Positions 50,093 through 64,000 of a stretch of DNA of 64,000 bases are shown here, piece after piece. The stretch lies in contig OZ218964.1 in the NCBI GenBank assembly GCA_965112735.1, forward strand, positions 1,364,001-1,428,000, given 5' to 3'. The notes beneath the pieces were generated by a model. The model was not told where the DNA came from. It did not search any database and was given only the letters and a program-made list of their open reading frames with translations. The position numbers and the translations under genes were made by a program. Position 1 is the first letter of the stretch. Each line of letters starts with the position of its first letter. Source of the stretch: Phaeosaccion multiseriatum. Taxonomy: Eukaryota; Protista; Ochrophyta, other classes.

Positions 50093-50384
50093 AAACGCAC
50101 CTCCAACTCCGCAGCCCAGGCCCGACAAAACGCCGTTTCTGTCTTCCACGCACGACGTGCTGTTGAAGCACGGTCTGTTGTTGGAGCACGAGGCCGCGCA
50201 GAACAGCCCCTCAGGGTTCTTTGTGTCGTCTTTTATCGAGCAGTCGAACTCCTTGTACAGCCCAAAGCCACAGAACCGGCAGTCGAGGATGCCTGCCAGA
50301 CGGGGAGGGGAGCACAGAGGCGGGAGGGAGGAGGAGGACTTGTGAGCTGGTGTTTTCCCTATACATACACCACCGTCTACACAC

Positions 50385-50441
<57 letters not shown>

Positions 50442-52308
50442 CTGCAACTCCGCAGCCCAATCCCGGGCAGCCCGAAACGCTCGTAACGCACGGGTAACGG
50501 GCGCTGCACTTGTCCGAGCAAAACTCCACCTCTTCCTCCCCACCCTCCTCCTCCTTGTCCTCCTCCTCCTCCTGCGGGGTGGAGGTGGGGATGGTGATGG
50601 GTGCGAGGCTGGGCGCTACTGTGGGCGCTAGAGAGGGCCCTACGGTGGGCGCTGGCCTTGGTCTCAAGGTCGTTGACTCCGCAGTGGGAGTGGCGGTGGG
50701 TGGGGTGGTGGGTAGTGTGGTGGGTAGTGCAGTGGGTACATCGGTAGGTGGGTCGGTAGGTGGGTTGGTTGGTGGGTCGGTAGGTGGGTTGGTTGGTGGG
50801 TCGGTAGGTGGGTCGGTTGGTGGGTCGGTAGGTGGGTCGGTTGGTGGGTCGGTAGGTCGGGGCCGCCTTGTCGGCGTCGCGGTGGGCGCAGCTGTGGGTG
50901 CAGCTGTGGGTGCGGATGTGGGTGCGGCTGTGGGTGCGGCTGTGGGTCTTGCTGAGGGCTTTGAGAGAGGGAGAGAGAGGATGGGAGGGAAGGGGAGGGG
51001 AGGGAGGAAGGGGCTTAGAAACACTGCGAACGAGTTGGCACTACGCAATCGCCAAAAACGTGCACGTCACAACCTAACCCAGTCCAATCGAGGAGAGGGG
51101 AGTGAGGGAGGGGAAAGGGGTTTCAGTTTATTGGACCCTGTCCACCACAAATTCAGGAGAGAGAGGGCAGAGGAGAGAGAGGACAGAGAGAAGAGGGGGG
51201 GAGAGGGGAGAGAGGGGAGAGAAAGCGGAGACGAGAGAGAAGAGGGGGAGAGGGGAGAGAGAGAGGAGTAGAGAGAGAGAAGAGGGAAAGAGGGAGGGAG
51301 TGAGGGAGAGGAGTAGAGAGAGAGGAGTACCTGTGAAGAGTCACTCTCGCTGGGTGGAACCCTCGGGGCCCCTGGTGTGCCATTCGGCGCTGAGGTGGCT
51401 GATGGCGTGGAAGAGGGTGTGGCATGCTCGCCAGTGACGAGGTCGACACACTCACTGCCCTCGTCAGTGGACACGTCGTAACCCAGGGCGGAGAGGAGGT
51501 TCCTGGTCAGGGGCCCAACGCATCGAATGGACTCTGCCATACCCAGGAAGGGGGACAGGAGGGAGTCAAAGTCTCCGGGGGGGAAGGTGTCCTCATCGAA
51601 GTGACTGAGGCTCGCGCCTGCAGAGAAGATGGAAGGGGCGTATATTCTGGAGCACACGTCGGCTGCAGGGAGGAGAGAAGGTTGGGAGGGGAGGGGAGGG
51701 GAGAAGAGGGGGCGGGTATAGGGAGGAGAGGGGCAGGGTGGGAGGGAGAGAGAGAGAGAGAAGAGAGAGAGAAGAGAGGTTTCGTTAGAGGCGGTCGAGA
51801 GAGAAGCAGGAGAAGGAAGAGCGGCAGCAGTTGTTGGTACAGCAGCAGAAGCAGCAGCAGACCGGGCCCATTCCTCAGCCCCCTTCCTTCTCCTCCTCCT
51901 CCTCCTCCTCCTCCTCCTCCTCTTCCTCCCCCTCCCCCTCCTCCTCCTCCTCCTCCCTCCTTCCTTCTCCTCCTTCTCATCCTCCTCCTCCCCCCCCCAC
52001 CTCCTCCCTTACTTGGTGAGTGGTACGCGCACACGTCCCCCTCCCCCCCAGTCATGGCGCTGACTTGTTCCTCCGGTGTAGGGAACTCTATTTCATCAAG
52101 CTTACGTAACTCCGCCCCCGGGGTGGCGCGCCCCCCTGTCCCTGGGGGAGTGACGTGGAGCAGCTTCTGGAAGGACGTTTTGACCCCCCCCGGGCGGAAC
52201 TGGGGGAGGGAGTTTCCGAGCGTGTAATCGAGAGTCTTGGTGACGCCCAGGTTGTGCACGATTTCATGCAGCACCACCGTCACCTGTTTGTGTTGATTTA
52301 TCATGAGG

Positions 52309-52364
<56 letters not shown>

Positions 52365-53851
52365 ACATATATACAGGTACGTCCAATGGGTTAGGTGTGT
52401 AAATGGGGTTAAGGAGGGAGGGGGGGGTGGCGGGGAGGGTTGTGCCCACACCGTTTGGTCCGTACGAAGAAAGAGCATTCATTCCTCCTTACACTCACTT
52501 ACGCACTCACTCCTCCCTGACTGCCTCACTGCCTTACGGCCCCATTGCCACACTCACGTAATCGTATTGTGTGCTGCTCATTGATACACCATCCAGGGCA
52601 AAGGACCTGTCAGAAAGGAGAGGGGAGGAGAGGGGAGGGGAGGGGACGGGAGGGGAGGGGAGTGAGAGGAGGGGGGAGTGTTGCGCATCATGTACAGAGG
52701 GGGGTCACATACACTCTCTCACTCAACTCTCGCACTATCACCACTCAGACACACACACACACACACACTCACCCACCTACCCACACCCACACACACACAC
52801 TCTCTCACACTCACTCACCAATCGATTCCCTCGTCGGAGTTTACGGCCACAGTGATGTCAGCCCCGAAACCGTCACCAATGTCTCCTGTATAGAGCCTCC
52901 CGTATCTAACCTGGGCAGCCGAGTAGATGGTCTCAACGTCCCCATCGAGGTTGAGCTTGGTGCTGGAGGCAGTGGCCAGCACACTTCCGTCTCGAAAGTC
53001 CTCGGGAGGTGCAACGGGCGTAAAGTCAACGGTGATGGGGAAGAGGGGGGGCAGGAACGTGTGCGCAACGATGCAAAAACTCTCCATGGCTGCGTCCAGT
53101 ATGGCCTGCCAGGTAGGTGGGTGGGTGAGAGGAGGGGGAGGGAGGGGGGGTGGGGGATGTTGAGAGGAAGGCGAGAGGGGGAAAGCACGGCAGGTGTAGT
53201 GCGAGCTCCACCCCCTTCCCGGCAGAAACTCTTCCTCACCTCATCGAACTTGCCCAGCCAGTTCCAGTTGATATAAAAGTACTGGGCCAGCATGTCGGGC
53301 GAGCACTCATGCGCCAGCTTCCTCCTCCTCCTCCTCCCCCTTGACTTATTCCCAGCCCCAGCGTCAGCCTCTGCCTCCCCGTCCCGATGCGCCTCATACA
53401 CCTCCTTCTCTCCCATGAACCGCTGCTCCTCCGTACGGGATGCCAGTAGCACGTCAGGCTCATACTCCATCACTTTTGAAACGACGGGCGAGTAGATACC
53501 GGCTACGCTTTCCTGCAGCTCTCTTCCTCCCTCCGCACCATCTGTTCGGAGTTTTTGCCCCCACCCGCCGTTCTGACCGCTTGCAGTTGCGGCTGTGCCC
53601 TCCTCCCCCCTGATCGGTCCCTGCTCCCCAGGCAAAGTGGCCCTTCCTTCCGGACCAGCATTGCCACTCTCAACTAAGAGCGCGCAGCTGACGGTAGTTA
53701 GACCCAGAAGGAATAGGAGCGCCACACTGGCAAGTTGAGCAAACGCGCGCCTGTCCCTGCTCCTGCCCTCGTCCCCCTCCAACAGCGCCCCGCTCGCGCC
53801 TTCCTCGCAGCGGTGCTGCTCCCCCTGGTCGACCTGCCCCGGCAACTGCAT
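49784..53851 (-). CDS. Membrane-anchored zincin-type metalloprotease with PT-rich stalk and two Cys-rich C-terminal repeats, ~8 exons
   Basis: TM segment [21 protein letters not shown]; spliced QYDY|[13 protein letters not shown] (HExxH); [36 protein letters not shown]; (PTAA)/(PTDP)n stalk; 2x GLGCGVx[13 protein letters not shown]. Start may be further upstream (~53965). Confidence 0.8.
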
Positions 53852-54617
53852 ACATTTCTCGCCAGTGCCACCTCTGCTGCTGTCCTGACACACGGCGGCT
53901 GGCCGAGAGTGCGCCGAGAGAAAGCTGGGGTCGTCGGCTTCATACCTGTCCGTTGCACCTCTCATACTTTCCCCCGCGCTCCTCTCTCTCTTTCTCGCTC
54001 GCTCTCCCTTCCGGCGTTGAGCAGCAGGGACGTTTGCTCTGTGTTGCACAGGGGGAGACGATCGGCTGACCATTTGTTGTGCCAAAAATTATTTTTCCAC
54101 ACCCGTCGTTTGTTGTTCAAAAAGAGGTGATTCGGAAAGTATCCATTTTTGGGTACCCCCCAATTCAAACAATCACACCGCCACCCCCTCGGGCCAAAAC
54201 TTTCTATTCTATACGCACACACGTGCCTGATGACGATGCTGCTGCATGAAGGCTCTCGCTAGTGCTGTCGGGATTGCTGATTGCTGGGCTGTCTCGCCCT
54301 TGCGTGTAGGTTGCGGGCTGGAGCTTTGCTAGGCTTGCACGCTTGCACTTGGGTTTTTGGCTTCTGCGTGGCGCCCGGGCGCAAAATCCCCCTCGCCTGT
54401 TGGAACCTGGAACCTTGAACGAACGACCCACCAAGCCCGAGCAGCTCGTCAAAAGGGGCAATAGAAAGAAAAATAAGGCAATAGTGCGTATATCTCATCA
54501 CTCAGAGGTATCTCTCTCGAGATATTCTCAATTCTCGAGTACCTTGACCCTTGGAAGAGAAATACAAACCCCATGGTTTATATTTCATGTATTTATTATT
54601 TATATAAAAAAGCATCT

Positions 54618-59506
<4,889 letters not shown>

Positions 59507-59682
59507 AGTAGTAGATGCAGTGAGGGAAAGGAGGAGAGAGAGAAGAGGGAAGGGGAAGGACGAAGGGCGGAAGAAGATGGCACCAGATGGAAGAAAATAT
59601 CAGCTGGAAAATCTATTCACCGAATCACCCCCCCCACCTTTCTCCTTCTCTCTTATACGCCCACCTTCTTATACTTTAGAGC

Positions 59683-60412
59683 ATGATGAGAGGGGAGAGG
59701 AGAGGATGTATACTGGTGGGCCTGTGTGTGCTCACCTTAGGAGCGCAACACGTGACGGCCTTCGTATCAGTGCCTTCGAGGGCCTGCCCTGCTCATCGCT
59801 TCAGCCCCCCCCCTCTCCAGAGAAGCACCCCTCTTCACGCAGAAGCTACTGGTAAGACGACGCAAGAAGCTCTGACTACCATTCAGGAGGGCGTCAGCAC
59901 AAGAAAGGTGAGTCAAGTGCAACCAGCACACTCCTTCCTTCTTTCTCTCCTCCCTCTCCCTCCTCCCTCTCCCTCGTCTCTCTCTCTATACCTCGTCTCT
60001 CTCTCCTCCCTCGCCCTCTTCCTAATATATATATATATAAATATCTCTCTCTCTCTGTCTCTGTCTCTTCTTCGTGTGTATATATACCCGATTTATACCC
60101 ACATCCACCTCTACTCCACCTCGCCTCTCTCGTACCCTACGCCTGCTCAGGTCCCTGTGGGCCCCATGGTGGAGGCTTTGGATGTATTGCAGCAGCACGC
60201 AGAGGCCTCAGCCCTTAGCGTCGACGCTCAGAGCGTGGAAGGAGACTGGGAGCTCATCTTCTCCACACAACTCAAGAAGGTCAGCACTCAGTTGCAAGTC
60301 TGTGTGGCTATTCGTGTGCGCGATTCTGCCCGGCCGTTGATGATTAGGGGAAGTGCTGGTGCTCTGAATACAAATACATACACACACCTCTGAGTGCCAT
60401 CTATGCTGTTTA

Positions 60413-60443
<31 letters not shown>

Positions 60444-61048
60444 GCACCTTTGACCGCCATGCACCCACCATCACCATGCCCCCAACCAAACTAACCACTC
60501 ACACCAACCAACTCAAAAACGGCCCCACCCCACAGGGCTACATGCCTGTGTGCGAAATTATCGGATTCTACCCGTCCAAAGAGGAAATGTCCATCAACAC
60601 CACTGCCTTTGGCGGCTTTCTGTCGCTGGGAGGCATTGAGGGAGAGTGCCAATGGAACGACGGGCAGAACAAACTAGACTTCTCTCTTGGTAAGTACATA
60701 GTACACACACAACACGAACACACACTCAGTCTCTCTCTCTTTATCTCTCTCCCTCTCTCTCTCTCTCGCTCTCTCTCCCTCTCTCTCTTTCTCTCATTCT
60801 TTTATCTCTCTCTCCCTCTCTCTCTCTCTCTCTCCCCTCACCCCCCCTGCCCCCCCTCCTCTCCCTCTTCCTCTTCCCATTCTCGCCCAGACAAAGTGAA
60901 GATAGGCCCATTTAGCTTCAACAAGAAGGCCAAGGGCAAGGCGGAGCAGAAGAGTTACACCTTCTTCCACACCGAGCCCGGTCTGTTGTGCGCCAAAAGC
61001 TCTGCGGGATCCGTCTCCGTCCTCGCTAAGGAGGATCGAGCGGACTGA
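59683..61048 (+). CDS. Plastid-targeted PAP/fibrillin-like protein, 4 exons
   Basis: Signal CILVGLCVLTLGAQHVTAF-V; VEGDWELIFST; exons 59683-59907, 60151-60279, 60536-60689 and 60891-61048 ending SYTFFHTEPGLLCAKSSAGSVSVL. Confidence 0.7.
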
Positions 61049-61230
61049 CTGACTGACTGACTGACTGACTGCCTTGACTGACTGAGTGATCCGACTGAAG
61101 TGACTGACCGACTGACGGGCTGACCGACTGACTGACTGACTGACTGACTGCTTGATTGACTGACTGACTGACTGACTGACTGACTGACTGACTGACTGAC
61201 TGGCTGATTGCCTCACTGACTGACTGATTG
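61044..61230. repeat. (GACT)n tetranucleotide tract that supplies the stop codon of the fibrillin-like gene
   Basis: GAC TGA CTG ACT... begins at the last codon. Confidence 0.92.
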
Positions 61231-61601
61231 AACCTTCACAGCCACACTGTACATAGGGAAAGGAAGGGAAAGGGGGGAGGGAGGGAGGCAGGGATGGAAA
61301 GGGAGGGAGGCAGGCAGGGAGGGACGGAAAGGGAGAGAGGGGGGGAGGGAGGGAGCGGAAGGAGTTGATTTCCAGGGTCGATGAGCATCTAGTCTATCCT
61401 TCCAATTCGAACATCAGGAGGGACTTAGTGCTCATGTGTGTGTATACAGCGACTTTCCTTTCTTTCCTTTTGGTATTTACTACTCAATTCGATAAGAGCT
61501 TTTCTTCGCTAACTTCTCTTTTTGCTGACTTTTCTTCTGTGGGCCAGTGAGTGACCATGGAACGAACGTTCTGATGAGGAGGGCATCGCTCTGTCTACTG
61601 T

Positions 61602-62159
61602 GTGTGGAGTGGCGAAGGAGTGTCGAGTCAAGTGGATGAAAGAGGGCGTAAGAAGGGAGAAGGAGGAGGAAGAGGAAGAGGAGGAAGAGGAGGAAGAGGA
61701 GGAGGAGGAGGAGGAGGAGGAGGAGGAGGAGGAGGAGGAGGAGGCGGGGGTGCGGATGAAGTGGAGGCGGCGGGATACGAAGTGCTCGCTTTAGTGACGC
61801 CTCAGCGCTTGGCCAACGTCCTCAGCCAGCACGGGCGCCTCGACCCCGCCGATCCTGTCGCTTGTCGCGCAGTTCTCGCCGCCCTGCGCGATGACGTCCT
61901 CGCCGAATTAGACCTCGAGACTCGCAGCCTTGTGCTCGGCTCTTGTGTTGGCTACCGATGCGTTGACGCTGGCGAAGGTGGTGCAGGGAAAACAAAGCTT
62001 TTTCGCGTCGTGAACCGCGTCGGCAAGGAATTGATAGTCGAGCATGCGAGGGTGGATGCAAAGCTGGCCCGTGGAGCGCTGGCACCATCGACACCGACAG
62101 CACTGCGCCCGTTTACACCGCCTGCTCCGCCGCCTACTTTTGAGAAAACAGCTGAGTGA
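61602..62159 (+). pseudogene. ATG-less ORF fragment resembling the C-terminal domain of Rnl2-family RNA ligases
   Basis: EVLALVTPQRLANVLSQHGRLDP...AVLAALRDDVLAELD resembles the Rnl2 'YVTxNRLxNVxSKIG...DxxEE' helices (from memory). In-frame TGA at 61575 and no ATG; no KxxG motif seen. Confidence 0.4.
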
Positions 62160-62312
62160 AGAGAGGAAGGCCGGGCAGCCTTCGCCGTCAGCCGTGTTGA
62201 CGTCACACGGGCAGAGAACGTCACGTCAGGCCGAAGCTGCTGACACGTAAAAAGACAAAAGAACAAGAAAAAAATGTACATTGTGTGTGTGGCGAGGGGC
62301 TTGTCTCCACTT

Positions 62313-64000
62313 CTACTTCGTACCAGCGACTCGCATCACCACTCTCCCGGGGTGGTGTTTGTCTTCCCACACTTCGACTCCTGCTCTCTCCTGCAAGTAG
62401 GCCAGCACCACAGGCAGCTTTCCTCTACCTGTGAGGACGTTGATCACACTCTCCACCTTCGCTTCTGAGAGCACGTGACGAAGCGCTGCCTTGCCCGTTC
62501 CCTTGCCAACCCGTGTCAAGTCCATAAGCCTCCCCGGTACCACCCAGTGTTTGAACATCCCCCACGACACGGCCTCTGCGTACACCTCGTCAGCAGCCTC
62601 CTCGTCGCCGCCTTCCTGTAAAGCGTCAATAGTGGCGCTGTAGGTGAGTGTGTTGGGAACGAGTCCTTCAGCCTTCATTTCCCTGAAGAGCCCCAACGCC
62701 TCCACGTGTTGGCCGGCCTTGGCGCATGCATCAATGGCGGTGTTGAAGGTCCATACACCCGGAGGGGGTCCTTCGTCCTTCATCTCCCTCAACAAACCCA
62801 ATGCCTGTACGTGTTTACCAGCCTTGGCGCATGCATCAACGGCGGTGGTGTAGGTCCATACATCCGGAGCGGGTCCTCCTTCCTTCATCTCCCTCAACAA
62901 ACCCAACGCCTCCACGTGTTGACCAGCCTTGGCGCATGCGTTCATAGCAGCGTTGTAGCTCTTTACATCCGGAGCGGGTCCTCCTTCCTTCATCTCCCTC
63001 AACAAACCCAATGCATCCACGTGTTGGCCGGCCTTGGCGCATGCGTGCATAGCAGCGTTGTAGGTCCATACATCCGGAGCGGGTCCTTCGTCCTTCATCT
63101 CCCTCAACAACCCCAACGCCTCCACGCGTTCACCAGCCTTGGCGCATGCATCAATGGCGGTGGTGTAGGTCCATACATCCGGAGCGAGTCCTTCTTCCTT
63201 CATCTCCCTCAACAAACTCAACGCCTCCACGTGTTGACCAGCCTTGGCGCATGCATTAATAGCAGTGTTGTAGCTCCTTACATCCGGAGCGGGTTCTTCT
63301 TCCTTCATCTCCCTCAACAAACCCAACGCCTTCACGTGTTGACCAGCCTTGGCGCATGCGTGAATAGCAGCGTTGTAGCTCCTTACATCCGGAGCGGGTC
63401 CTCCTTCCTTCATCTCCCTCAACAAACCCAACGCCTCCACGTGTTGACCAGCCTTGGCGCATGCGTTAATAGCAGCGTTGTAGCTCCTTACATTCGGAGC
63501 GGGTCCTCCTTCCTTCATCTCCCTCAACAAACCCAACGCCTGTACGTGTTTACCAGCCTTGGCGCATGCATCAACGGCGGCGGTGTAGGTCCTTACACCC
63601 GGAGCGGGTCCTTCGTCCTTCATCTCCCTCAACAAACCCAACGCCTGTACGTGTTTACCAGCCTTGGCGCATGCATCAATGGCGGCGGTGTAGCTCCATA
63701 CACCCGGAGCGGGTCCTCCTTCCTTCATCTCCCTCAGCAAACCCAACGCCTCCACGTGTTGGCCGGCCTTGGCGCATGCATCAATGGCGGTGTTGTAGCT
63801 CCATACATCCGGAGCGGGTCCTCCTTCCTTCATCTCCCTCAACAAGCCCAATGCATCCACGTGTTGACCAGCCTTGGCGCATGCGTTCATAGCAGCGCTG
63901 TAGCTCCTTACATCCGGAGCGGGTCCTCCTTCCTTCATCTCCCTCAACAAACCCAACGCCTGTACGTGTTGGCCGGCCTTGGCGCATGCATCAATGGCGG
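62313..64000 (-). CDS. Intronless PPR-Smr protein with a highly homogeneous PPR array; 5' end beyond window
   Basis: At least 12 full 35-aa units (VxSYNAAIxACAKAGQHVEALGLLREMKEGGPAPD) plus a partial unit at the edge and a degenerate last unit; C-terminal MDLT..KAALRHVL..INVLTGRG..HPGRVVM is Smr-like; frame open to 64000. Confidence 0.93.
   Translation of the reverse strand, partial: AIDACAKAGQHVQALGLLREMKEGGPAPDVRSYSAAMNACAKAGQHVDALGLLREMKEGGPAPDVWSYNTAIDACAKAGQHVEALGLLREMKEGGPAPGVWSYTAAIDACAKAGKHVQALGLLREMKDEGPAPGVRTYTAAVDACAKAGKHVQALGLLREMKEGGPAPNVRSYNAAINACAKAGQHVEALGLLREMKEGGPAPDVRSYNAAIHACAKAGQHVKALGLLREMKEEEPAPDVRSYNTAINACAKAGQHVEALSLLREMKEEGLAPDVWTYTTAIDACAKAGERVEALGLLREMKDEGPAPDVWTYNAAMHACAKAGQHVDALGLLREMKEGGPAPDVKSYNAAMNACAKAGQHVEALGLLREMKEGGPAPDVWTYTTAVDACAKAGKHVQALGLLREMKDEGPPPGVWTFNTAIDACAKAGQHVEALGLFREMKAEGLVPNTLTYSATIDALQEGGDEEAADEVYAEAVSWGMFKHWVVPGRLMDLTRVGKGTGKAALRHVLSEAKVESVINVLTGRGKLPVVLAYLQERAGVEVWEDKHHPGRVVMRVAGTK
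62630..64000. repeat. 105-bp coding tandem repeat (PPR units), ~13 copies
   Basis: CATCCGGAGCGGGTCCTCCTTCCTTCATCTCCCTCAACAA recurs with 105-bp period (e.g. 63806, 63911). Confidence 0.97.

Overview
This is eukaryotic nuclear DNA, GC-rich and very rich in microsatellites, with GT-AG introns. It most likely comes from a photosynthetic stramenopile (ochrophyte), because three genes begin with signal peptide + 'AF' bipartite plastid-targeting presequences. About 17 genes can be reconstructed by hand. In order they are: a spliced plastid PPR protein, SMC6, an HSF-domain factor, a DUF1336/EDR2-C protein, a small acidic protein, SmF, PEX7, GET1/WRB-like, mannose-6-phosphate isomerase, a KA1/ARM-like unknown, SRP68, a plastid 2Fe-2S ferredoxin, a DDT/WHIM/Tudor chromatin protein, a membrane-anchored zincin metalloprotease, acetylornithine deacetylase, a fibrillin-like plastid protein, and an intronless PPR-Smr gene that runs off the window end. 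The most striking feature is that last gene. It is an array of near-identical 105-bp PPR units whose differences include the RNA-specifying residue positions and look shuffled between units. It is fused to an Smr-like domain and lies tail-to-tail with a start-less ORF fragment resembling the Rnl2 RNA-ligase C-terminal domain. Other patterns are G-rich 5'/C-rich 3' microsatellite polarity in introns, a recurrent TGTATCACCAAC motif, an intron-poor central island, six head-to-head gene pairs, and a 4x duplication of the SRP68 stop-codon region. Exon boundaries and family calls were made by eye, without database searches.
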